A DNA stretch of 64,000 nt. Origin: Candidatus Subterrananammoxibius californiae (GTDB lineage: Bacteria; Planctomycetota; Brocadiia; Brocadiales; Subterrananammoxibiaceae). Below the pieces are notes generated by a model that was not told the origin of the DNA, ran no database searches, and saw nothing but the letters and a program-made list of their open reading frames with translations. Positions 8,725-16,444 of the stretch are shown here, one piece after another; the first letter of the stretch is position 1; each line of letters begins with the position of its first letter. The stretch spans positions 17,604 through 81,603 of the forward strand of contig JAURAC010000011.1 of NCBI GenBank assembly GCA_030586555.1, given 5' to 3'. Position numbers and translations under genes: made by a program.

Positions 8725-9981
8725 ATGGATAAAAAAAATATAGACGAGTTGTTACTCTATTGTCTTAGTAAGGAGACTGACAAAGCAATGGCGGAAAGGC
8801 TTGCACAACTTTCTCCTTCTGATTGGGAATGTCTCATTCAACAATCAGTCAGGCATTGGGTTGCCCCTTTGCTGTATCAGCGCTTAAATGCACTTGACAC
8901 AGCCACCACGATTCCGGCAGACATTGCGCAGAGATTGCGAGAAATATATCTTCAATGTGCGCTTAAGAACTCGCTTCTATACCGCGAACTTGCTAAAGTA
9001 CTCGGTACATTACATGACAATAACATACCTGTTATTGCGCTAAAGGGGATACACCTGGCGGAAGTCGTCTACGGGAATATAGCCCTCAGACCAATGAGTG
9101 ACGTTGACATACTGGTCAAAAAATCCGACTTAACAAGGGTAGAGGAAAAATTACGGGGGGCAGGCTATGCATTAATGACTTATAGAAAATATAATAAAGC
9201 CTGGTTAGAAAAATACAATTGCCACTTTATCTTTACGCCCCTGATTAAATCAGGGGCAAACGGCGGAAGGTTGTATTTAGAGGTTCATTGGCACGTACAG
9301 CGTCCTGACTCTCCCTTCAAGTTAGACGTGGATTATTTCTTTGAAAGAGCCCAACCAGTCACAATAGCTGGTATCGCGGTGTTGGCGCTGTCTCCCGAAG
9401 ACCTGCTGCTGCACCTGTGCATAAACTCGGTCAAAGACCGGTTCTCTTTAGGGCTAAGGGCTTTTTGCGATATTTCCGAAACGATTTGGCATTACCAGGG
9501 CAGAATAGATTGGGAACAATTGCAGAAACGCGTCAGCCAGTGGGGCGCTCGTAAGCCTGTCTACCTTATATTTTGTTTAGCCCGCAAATTATTGGGAGCA
9601 GGCGTGCCAGATGATGTGTTGGACGCCCTCAAGCCTGATGGCTTTGACCCGCGGGTAGAAACCTGGGCAAGAGAGCATATTTTTGACAAACATGAATCAC
9701 CGCCAATAACAACATCCAACCTGAGTTTGTGGCGTCTCAAGCGGTTTCGGGACAAAGTAAGATTTTTCATTACCAGGGTCTTCCCACATCCAAAAAACAT
9801 GGAGATATTATATTCCGTCCCCGCCAATTCCAGGCGCATCTATCTTTATTACCCTGCACATTTGAAAATCCTGCTCCGTAATCATGGCAAATCGGCGTGG
9901 CGGCTGTTGCGCCGTGATAAGAAAGCGATGGCAAAGGCCAGGAGGGTTAATAATCTGGCAGACTGGATGGAGTCAAGCTAA
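8725..9981 (+). CDS. Nucleotidyltransferase family protein (NTP_transf_5-like)
   Basis: LKGIHLA..VY...LRPMSDVDILV, EVHW, PEDLLLHL motifs. Confidence 0.8.
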   Translation: MDKKNIDELLLYCLSKETDKAMAERLAQLSPSDWECLIQQSVRHWVAPLLYQRLNALDTATTIPADIAQRLREIYLQCALKNSLLYRELAKVLGTLHDNNIPVIALKGIHLAEVVYGNIALRPMSDVDILVKKSDLTRVEEKLRGAGYALMTYRKYNKAWLEKYNCHFIFTPLIKSGANGGRLYLEVHWHVQRPDSPFKLDVDYFFERAQPVTIAGIAVLALSPEDLLLHLCINSVKDRFSLGLRAFCDISETIWHYQGRIDWEQLQKRVSQWGARKPVYLIFCLARKLLGAGVPDDVLDALKPDGFDPRVETWAREHIFDKHESPPITTSNLSLWRLKRFRDKVRFFITRVFPHPKNMEILYSVPANSRRIYLYYPAHLKILLRNHGKSAWRLLRRDKKAMAKARRVNNLADWMESS

Positions 9982-9990
9982 CAAGCTGGC

Positions 9991-10110
9991 AAATCAAAAA
10001 TCAAAGACCAAAAATCAAAATGACATACCAAAATCCAAAATTTGAAAAGACAAATCTTCATTTTTAGTTTTTGGATTGTGTTTTTGATATTTGATTTTTG
10101 ATATTTGATG
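9991..10110. repeat. Fold-back heptamer array (AAATCAA-like / TTGATAT-like)
   Basis: aaatcaaaaatcaaagaccaaaaatcaaaa ... ttttgatatttgatttttgatatttga between convergent units. Confidence 0.6.
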
Positions 10111-10218
10111 TCCTCAACCTTCAGCCCTCAGCCTTTAGCCTAATTTCTTTGCCTCTTTACCTCTTTGCCTCAAGCAGGGACGGTCGCTCGGGCGGATAAG
10201 GGTATTTATGACTTTCGC

Positions 10219-10286
10219 AAAGGTTTCGAAATATAGGAAATGCCCCTTATCCGTACCAGGAAGATTTTTCGTTTTATGAAAGACTA
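10219..10286 (-). repeat. Conserved 68-bp element downstream of precursor P4 (copy of 11148-11215)
   Basis: 65/68 identical by manual alignment. Confidence 0.85.
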
Positions 10287-10496
10287 CTACTCCGTTCCTA
10301 ACGAACCATTAAGGCAGAAATCATCCGCCGTGTTACCGTTATCGCAATCTCCGAGCGCCGAGTTGCCAGTACCGCAAAGACCACCTACGTCTGGTCCGCT
10401 ACCATTTACGCAATCTCCCGCACCCTTGGCACCGTTTAGGTTAACAAGCCGTGGTTGCTCGTACACTAACTTCTTTTTCTTACCTTCTTCGCCCAT
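10287..10496 (-). CDS. RiPP precursor P4 (69 aa)
   Basis: AAGGAGG RBS; MGEEGKKKKLVYEQPRLVNLNGAKGAGDCVNGSG...; 4 CxxG units. Confidence 0.9.
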   Translation of the reverse strand: MGEEGKKKKLVYEQPRLVNLNGAKGAGDCVNGSGPDVGGLCGTGNSALGDCDNGNTADDFCLNGSLGTE

Positions 10497-10841
10497 TTTT
10501 CTTCCTCCTTTTTCCACAAATACTAAATTCTAATTTCTAAATCCTAAACAAATTCAAAACTCTAATCATTAATACTAAAACATGTTTCGCTTTTTTTAGG
10601 TATTACCTATTACCCAAAATCATACTGTTTAGATTTTTTTATTTCGGTCATTTAATATTGTTTAGGATTTCGAGTTTAGTGCTTAGTATTTAAGTAAGCA
10701 ACATTTTGCACATCTCTACTTGAACGAGATTCCGGTGGTAATGTAGAATTTCTGCTGGTTCAGACTCTTGTAGCTTGAACCAAAATAGGTTGATAGATAG
10801 GTTTTGAGGGGCATATAGATTCTTCGTTTTATGGAAAACTA

Positions 10842-11075
10842 TCAGGGCGCCCCTCCTCCCGAACCAGTTGCGCATACGCCCGCCGTGTTACCAGAATTGC
10901 ATCCAAAGCCCGCCGCCGTGTTACCAGTCGCGCATACCGAGCCCGCCACGTTACCAGCATAACAGCCAGCATCACCGCTGCCAGTCCGGCAGTCTCCCGC
11001 GCCCGCAGCGCCACTTAGCTTAACAAGCCTAGGTTGCTCGTATTTCAACTTCTTTTTCTTTCCTTCTTCACCCAA
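10842..11075 (-). CDS. RiPP precursor P5 (77 aa, TTG start)
   Basis: AAGGAGG RBS; MGEEGKKKKLKYEQPRLVKLSGAAGAGDCRTGSG...; 5 CxxG units. Confidence 0.88.
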   Translation of the reverse strand: MGEEGKKKKLKYEQPRLVKLSGAAGAGDCRTGSGDAGCYAGNVAGSVCATGNTAAGFGCNSGNTAGVCATGSGGGAP

Positions 11076-11095
11076 TTTTCTTCCTCCTTTAATTT

Positions 11096-11142
11096 AGGGA
11101 CACATCCCATTTATTTTTACTTATAAATGGGATGTGTCCCTA
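11096..11142. repeat. Long palindrome AGGGACACATCCCATTTA...TAAATGGGATGTGTCCCT
   Basis: About 18-bp perfect stem; related degenerate copy at ~13434-13501. Confidence 0.75.
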
Positions 11143-11147
11143 GTTGA

Positions 11148-11215
11148 AAAGGTTTCGAAATATGGGAAATGCCCCTTATCCGTACCAGGGAGATTTTTCG
11201 TTTTATGAAAAACTA
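11148..11215 (-). repeat. Conserved 68-bp element downstream of precursor P6
   Basis: 65/68 identical to 10219-10286. Confidence 0.85.
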
Positions 11216-11216
11216 A

Positions 11217-11447
11217 TCACCCAACGGCTAAACCGTTATCACAAATGCCGCCCGGCGAGTTACCGGATGTGCATCCCCCGTCCGCCGTGTTACCAATCCC
11301 ACAGGCAGTACTCGCCGCGTTACCATCATCACAGTCGCCTGTATCTCCGCTGCCATTTTCGCACTGTCCTGTTCCCGCAGCGCCACTTAGCTTAATAAGC
11401 CGTGGTTGCTCGTACACCAACTTCTTTTTCTTACCTTCTTCGCCCAT
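11217..11447 (-). CDS. RiPP precursor P6 (76 aa)
   Basis: AAGGAGG RBS; MGEEGKKKKLVYEQPRLIKLSGAAGTGQCENGSG...; 5 CxxG units. Confidence 0.9.
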   Translation of the reverse strand: MGEEGKKKKLVYEQPRLIKLSGAAGTGQCENGSGDTGDCDDGNAASTACGIGNTADGGCTSGNSPGGICDNGLAVG

Positions 11448-11525
11448 TTTTCTTCCTCCTTTTATCGCCAATCCCCATTTTCATGAGGACAAGTACATGG
11501 GTGGAATTGAAAATCGAATCTCGAT

Positions 11526-11617
11526 TCCCGCAGGGTATCTCTATCAGACCAGGACACTAACATAATTTATTATGATTGTCAACAGGAAAAGCAATGACAA
11601 ACGGGTCTTACAGCTTG
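11526..11617 (-). promoter_or_regulatory. Sigma70-type promoter of the leftward precursor array (arm of 92-bp inverted duplication)
   Basis: TTGACA (11582-11577), 17-bp spacer, TGnTAGTGT (-10 at 11559-11554); 75/92 identical to 13572-13663. Confidence 0.8.
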
Positions 11618-11657
11618 CCCAACAATAGACATTGATGCCATAAGTCATTAATTAAGC

Positions 11658-11739
11658 TGTCATTGCGAGTCCGCCTACGGCGGACGTGGCAATCTTATCA
11701 TAAAATATGAGATTGCTTCGCCTTCGGCTCGCAATGACA
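11658..11739. repeat. Nested palindromic element GTCATTGCGAG...GCAATCT...AGATTGC...CTCGCAATGAC
   Basis: Terminal inverted repeats with an internal TCCGCCTACGGCGGA hairpin. Confidence 0.75.
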
Positions 11740-11844
11740 AGCCCAATGTCTATTTTTGGGTAACAGCTTTAAACTGAGTCTTGAGTCCCGACTCTCTGAC
11801 TCCCGACTCTCTGACATTTCCGTGGAGCGGATGCCCCCCTTACC

Positions 11845-13425
11845 TTACGGCAATGTAAACTTCGGTTTCCAGTAGTGGGTAACACGGATGTGATGAAATT
11901 GTTTTACGTCCTTATTATAATAAAGTGTACCAAGGAAATCTATCAACTCCGGGGGTAGGTCGCTTTTACCAATTTCGATAACCTCGATAAGGAATACGCC
12001 CTTCGACCAATTACCCCCGATGTTTGGGGTTATCTTTTTGAAGACTTCGTTGAGACCAATATAAATATCCTTCTTGTAATAGTACTTGATGGGCTTAGAA
12101 GCGAATTCTTTGAACAAGAAATGGACCGTTTCTCCGTCAGATGCGGTTTCCTCAATGTAATTGGCAACGCCCTTCCAGTCTAATCTCCTTGGATTGCTTT
12201 CTGCGGTTATTATTGGAAACAGGTGAATGCATATAACAATGAGAATTATTGGACAAATAAACCTCAGTTTGCCCCTGATTAAATCAGGGGTGGAGGAAAT
12301 TCCTTTTGCGATTAACAGCAGAATCAAACAGGACCAGAATAAGTGGTATCTGGTGGGCCCAAATGTTGGCCAGAATAAAAATGAACTTGCATAAGCCGCA
12401 AGAATCGGGATAGCGCCCCAGCCATAAATAAGAGGCTTATAGCGGTCGCTCGCCCCTGATTTAATCAGGGGTTGTGGCTCGTCGCTCGTGGTTTGCCGCC
12501 AAAAATATTTGTAGATTCCGAAAAGGAGCAGGATGCAAAAAAAGGTTAAGATGCTTATTCTAACAGGTAGTGACAGTGCTTCTATATATGCGCCTTGATT
12601 ATCAAAACGGATAGCATCTGCAAAGATAATACCCCGTTTCGGCATCATTATGTAAAAACCTGCAACAAATGAAGAGAGTACGTTTAGAAATGTTCCTATT
12701 GTTGGCGGTTCTATAAATTCAGGTTTGGAGAACGCTTCTGTATGCACTTTTTGTGCGAAAAAAAGTACAGCAAGCAATGTAAATATAATACCCATGGCTG
12801 AGTAAATCAGCCATGGGTATTTACGTTTTCTATAAAAAACTACAGCCATAAAAAACAGCTCGGTTAGCACGATAAAGACAGCAGAGTTGTGTGTATAAAG
12901 AAGCATAACGTTGCTAATGCAAAAGGCTATCCAGAGTATGGTACGATGCCCCTTTAAAGCCCTTAACAACAGGTAGAGAGACGTTAATGCCAACAGGGTT
13001 GTTAAGGTGTATGCTTTCAGGCTACACGAGAAGAAGAAATGTTCCGGGTTCACAGCCAATAAAAGTGCGCCTATTAAGGCTGTTTTCTTATCAAATATAA
13101 GGCTTGCAAGCTTAAAAATGACAAAGACTGATAGTATGCCAAAAATAGCCGATGGGAGCCTCAGTGCAAATTCGCTGGAACCGGCAAGTAGCTGCCAACA
13201 ATGGACGCTAATGAAAAATAACATGGGGCGTGATTTATGTAACGCTTCCCACACGATGTATTTAGCACTAATTTCATTTATCTTCTTTATGGCAAGTACA
13301 TCATCGCTTGAATACGAGGGTGTGGAAAGGTAGTAAATGCGCAGGAAAGCCGCCAAAAAGATAATTAAACAAAGGAGAATCGTTGTATAATATTTTTGTT
13401 CTTTTAGTAGGGGAATTGATTTCAT
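11845..13425 (-). CDS. GT-C fold membrane glycosyltransferase (PMT_2/GT39-like)
   Basis: Multi-pass membrane protein; AAFLRIYYL...SSDD..., EFALRLPSAIFG, LLYTH, C-terminal DWKGVA periplasmic tail. Confidence 0.75.
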   Translation of the reverse strand: MKSIPLLKEQKYYTTILLCLIIFLAAFLRIYYLSTPSYSSDDVLAIKKINEISAKYIVWEALHKSRPMLFFISVHCWQLLAGSSEFALRLPSAIFGILSVFVIFKLASLIFDKKTALIGALLLAVNPEHFFFSCSLKAYTLTTLLALTSLYLLLRALKGHRTILWIAFCISNVMLLYTHNSAVFIVLTELFFMAVVFYRKRKYPWLIYSAMGIIFTLLAVLFFAQKVHTEAFSKPEFIEPPTIGTFLNVLSSFVAGFYIMMPKRGIIFADAIRFDNQGAYIEALSLPVRISILTFFCILLLFGIYKYFWRQTTSDEPQPLIKSGASDRYKPLIYGWGAIPILAAYASSFLFWPTFGPTRYHLFWSCLILLLIAKGISSTPDLIRGKLRFICPIILIVICIHLFPIITAESNPRRLDWKGVANYIEETASDGETVHFLFKEFASKPIKYYYKKDIYIGLNEVFKKITPNIGGNWSKGVFLIEVIEIGKSDLPPELIDFLGTLYYNKDVKQFHHIRVTHYWKPKFTLP

Positions 13426-13571
13426 CGTACTTAAGGGACACTTCCCATATTTTTACAATAAAGAACTGATTGTTTAATAAAAAAACATGGGAAGCGTCCC
13501 CAAAACCTTAACCTTTCTATGGCAATATTTGCTATTATACACATTCCAAATTTTCTAAAGCAAGCCCTTTT

Positions 13572-13663
13572 CAAGCTGTAAGACCCGTTTGTTGTTGATT
13601 TTTCGGTTGACAATCATACCTGATTATGGTAGTTTAACCGCCTGATAGAGATACACTGCGGGA
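13572..13663 (+). promoter_or_regulatory. Sigma70-type promoter of the rightward precursor array (arm of 92-bp inverted duplication)
   Basis: TTGACA 13607-13612, 17-bp spacer, TGnTAGTTT (-10 at 13630-13635). Confidence 0.8.
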
Positions 13664-13753
13664 CCAGAACAAAGAACACAGACAACAGAACACAGACATC
13701 TGTGGTCTGTTATCTGTATGTCTGTCATCTGCTTGTATAAAGGAGGAAGAAAA

Positions 13754-14020
13754 ATGGGCGAAGAGAAAAAAGAGAGTAAGGAAAGCAAGAAAATGAAGTA
13801 TGAGCAACCCCGGCTTGTTAAGCTGAGCGGTGCTAAGGGTGCGGGGGATTGTTTTAACGGTAGCGGAGATATTTCAACCTGTAATCTTGGTAGTACAGCT
13901 TCAGGTGAGGGGTGTAACGCTGGAAATAGTCCAATCCCTACAACTACAACGACCACAATTAGTACGACTACGACAACGACCACAACTGGTACGACTACGA
14001 CAACAATAGATGATGGTTAA
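13754..14020 (+). CDS. RiPP precursor P7 with poly-Thr tail (88 aa)
   Basis: AAGGAGG RBS; ...MKYEQPRLVKLSGAKGAGDCFNGSG; 3 CxxG units, then PTTTTTTISTTTTTTTTGTTTTTIDDG. Confidence 0.88.
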   Translation: MGEEKKESKESKKMKYEQPRLVKLSGAKGAGDCFNGSGDISTCNLGSTASGEGCNAGNSPIPTTTTTTISTTTTTTTTGTTTTTIDDG

Positions 14021-14219
14021 ACTTTAAGCCTTCTTAAAACCTATCAATCAGCCTGTGAGCGGTAGACAACGAGGTTTTATCCTGAATCGAGTTCAGGACA
14101 GGCTCTCGTTGAAGTCAACGAACCCATTCACTACGTTCAGGGCAGGCTCCAAGTTCGTTGTCTACCATAAGTTGTGTTCGTTGTCCACCCATGTATTGGC
14201 GATAAAAGGAGGGAGAAAA

Positions 14220-14414
14220 ATGGGCGAAGAAGGTAAGAAAAAGAAATTGGTTTACGAGCAACCACGGCTTGTCAGGCTAAGCGGCGCAGTGGGCGCAGGG
14301 CAGTGCCAAGATGGTAGCGGAGAAGTCGGCGGCTGCGAATCTGGCAACGCGGCAGGTGACTGCGAAATTGGCACCTCGGGGGGCGGTTGTGAGGTAGGTT
14401 CAACCGCCGACTAA
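14220..14414 (+). CDS. RiPP precursor P8 (64 aa)
   Basis: AAGGAGG RBS; MGEEGKKKKLVYEQPRLVRLSGAVGAGQCQDGSG...; 4 CxxG units. Confidence 0.9.
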   Translation: MGEEGKKKKLVYEQPRLVRLSGAVGAGQCQDGSGEVGGCESGNAAGDCEIGTSGGGCEVGSTAD

Positions 14415-14458
14415 TAAAGAAAAACCCCCGTAACTGGATTAATGAGGGAGAATAAAGG

Positions 14459-14656
14459 ATGGGCGAAGAAGGTAAGAAAAAGAAGTTGGTGTACGAGCAA
14501 CCCCGGCTTGTTAAATTAGTTGGCGATGCAGGCGCCGGGGACTGTGATAATGGCAGCGGAGACCGCTTCTGCACTGGTGGCAACACGGCGTTGGACTTCT
14601 GCGATAATGGTACCTTGGCGGCAGGGCTCCCTTGTTTTTTGGGTGCAGGCGACTGA
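14459..14656 (+). CDS. RiPP precursor P9 (65 aa)
   Basis: MGEEGKKKKLVYEQPRLVKLVGDAGAGDCDNGSG...; 4 CxxG units. Confidence 0.9.
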   Translation: MGEEGKKKKLVYEQPRLVKLVGDAGAGDCDNGSGDRFCTGGNTALDFCDNGTLAAGLPCFLGAGD

Positions 14657-14700
14657 TAAAGAAAAATCCCAGTAATTGGATTAATGAATGAGAATAAAGG

Positions 14701-14865
14701 ATGGGCGAAGAAGGCAAGAAAAAGAAGTTGGTGTACGAGCAACCACGGCTTGTTAAGCTAAGTAGCGCTAAGGGTGCGGGATTTTGCGCAATTGGCAGCG
14801 GAGATATAGACTGTTTTTCTGGTAACGCGGCGACCTTCACTTGTACTACAGGTTCAGGTGATTAG
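14701..14865 (+). CDS. RiPP precursor P10 (54 aa; absent from ORF track)
   Basis: Manual translation: MGEEGKKKKLVYEQPRLVKLSSAKGAGFCAIGSGDIDCFSGNAATFTCTTGSGD*. Confidence 0.9.
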   Translation: MGEEGKKKKLVYEQPRLVKLSSAKGAGFCAIGSGDIDCFSGNAATFTCTTGSGD

Positions 14866-15091
14866 TTTTTCATAAAACGAAAAATCTATAAGCCCCTTGG
14901 CTGGCTCAACCCCTGATTAAATCAGGGGCAAACGGCAACGGTTACCACGTCATGCCGACATGGCATGGCGAAACCCGTTATGGCCTCGAGGGCTGGGCGG
15001 GGCTTGTCTATCCAAAAGGGCTGGAAATTTGCTCGACTACTACCTCATGTTCTTTAACCTCTGGTGCAACCCTATCCCCACCCTTAAAAGG

Positions 15092-15466
15092 CTAAACCGC
15101 TATCATCAGTTCTATAGCATCGTAATTGACAGAAGGCGATACCTCTTTTCTGCCCGTCTTTTCCTTCTTTGTGCTTACAAGACCAAGATTTTTAAGCAGC
15201 TCCAAATCCTGAGACACATTTTTTATGTCCCTCTCAGCCAATCTGGCAAGCTCCTGAAGGCTCTGCGGGTGGTGCTTTTTTATCAGGCGTATAAGTTCAA
15301 GCCTTTTTGTGGTCAAAGCCTTCCTGAAAGCCTCTGCACTCTCAAAATAAATGCCTACCTCTTTCTTTACCTTTTCACCACGCTCTATCGCCTCGGCAGT
15401 TCTGGCAAAGTTATCCAGCACCTCTTTCAGATTCTTTATCCCTATCTTTACCCTTTTAACCCTCAC
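15092..15466 (-). CDS. Winged-HTH DNA-binding protein (putative antitoxin)
   Basis: ALTTKRLELIRLI...SLQELARLAERDIKNVSQDLELLKNLGLV; overlaps upstream small gene by 4 bp. Confidence 0.7.
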   Translation of the reverse strand: MRVKRVKIGIKNLKEVLDNFARTAEAIERGEKVKKEVGIYFESAEAFRKALTTKRLELIRLIKKHHPQSLQELARLAERDIKNVSQDLELLKNLGLVSTKKEKTGRKEVSPSVNYDAIELMIAV

Positions 15467-15750
15467 AGTATTCCCTCCTTAAACCTATGTATTTCTTTAT
15501 AAAAATCATCAAGCAACTTTCTTACATTTTCAAACCTATATGGCTCTACCCTGTTTCCATAGTGCCTATGGTCTCCCTTCATCTCAGCATTGTCATAGCC
15601 TATTACTCGATTACCCTTAACGACATAAACCAGTGAATATTTGTAGCCGTGCGGTTTATCAGGCGTTGCTTTAACTTCCCACAGTTTCACCTCCGTTATG
15701 TTACCATCAATATCACGAACCTTGTCATGTATTACAAGCCTTGCCTTCAT
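15463..15750 (-). CDS. DUF6516-like protein (putative toxin)
   Basis: PHGYKYSL...IGYDNAEMKGDHRH motif; two-gene TA-like layout. Confidence 0.65.
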   Translation of the reverse strand: MKARLVIHDKVRDIDGNITEVKLWEVKATPDKPHGYKYSLVYVVKGNRVIGYDNAEMKGDHRHYGNRVEPYRFENVRKLLDDFYKEIHRFKEGIL

Positions 15751-15757
15751 TAGAGGT

Positions 15758-15787
15758 ATGATACACCAAATAGATTAAGAAAGTCAA
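15758..15787 (-). promoter_or_regulatory. Sigma70-like promoter, probably giving a leaderless mRNA
   Basis: TTGACT-18bp-TATCAT, ATG 7 nt downstream, no SD. Confidence 0.5.
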
Positions 15788-16083
15788 TCCAAATTACTGG
15801 ACTCCACCACCTGGATTTTAGGATTTTATGTAGCGTGAGTTGGGAAGGATGTATCGTTAGCAGTGCCAATGTGAATTGGGCGGGTAGTGGGGCTCCTGAG
15901 AAAAAACTTTAAGGTTCAAGGGTTCAAGGTTCGTGTCGTACTTATGCCATACCTAAAAATAAAAACAGATAAAAAGACACCAAAACAAAGGCAAGACGGA
16001 AAAGTCATAAGTCCTTGTTTTGGTGTCTCAAATAAAAAAAGTAAAACCACGTAAAAGGTCTTAAAACAGTCTATAAATGGCTT

Positions 16084-16344
16084 TCATATTTCAAGGTCAA
16101 TTATACTGCCGCTTCCATTTTTAGGTTGTTCTTCACTGCCCACCTTGTTCGCTACAAATGGTGTAGTATCTTCATCCGCCTGAGGCGGACTATTCTGGAT
16201 GTTCATTTCCTGATTTTTCTTTTGTATTTTTCGCTTCGGTTGTTTATTTGCAAGGTTTCCTTGCTTTTTCTGGTCGCCTACTGATTTTAATCCCATACAC
16301 CTTATTTGCAGGTCATCTCTAACCGATTTCACATTATCTGTCAT
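16084..16344 (-). CDS. Hypothetical protein downstream of fliA
   Basis: GGAGG RBS; ends GSIIDLEI. Confidence 0.6.
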   Translation of the reverse strand: MTDNVKSVRDDLQIRCMGLKSVGDQKKQGNLANKQPKRKIQKKNQEMNIQNSPPQADEDTTPFVANKVGSEEQPKNGSGSIIDLEI

Positions 16345-16444
16345 AACACACCTCCATACGAGAGGCGAAGAGGTAAAAAGGGTAAGAGGCTAAGAGGTTT
16401 AACCTTTTAGCCTTATCACCTTTTAGCCTTTTTGCCTCTAAACT

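Noticed and set aside
10240..14840. Antisense ORFs over the precursors (e.g. 10240+, 11245+, 13624-, 14272-, 14511-) sharing SRGCSYTNFFFLPSSP
   Set aside because: They are shadow frames of the conserved leader DNA and lack RBS support.
406..14865. Diversity-generating retroelement as source of core variation
   Set aside because: No reverse transcriptase in the window, and differences include indels and are not confined to adenines.
10200..14900. Repeated leader DNA with variable cores as a CRISPR array or integron cassette array
   Set aside because: The repeats are protein-coding with RBS and synonymous variation; spacing is irregular; no cas or integrase gene and no clear attC boxes.
14960..15502. 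180-aa plus-strand ORF
   Set aside because: Overlaps the better-supported minus-strand HTH and DUF6516-like pair and has no recognisable motifs.
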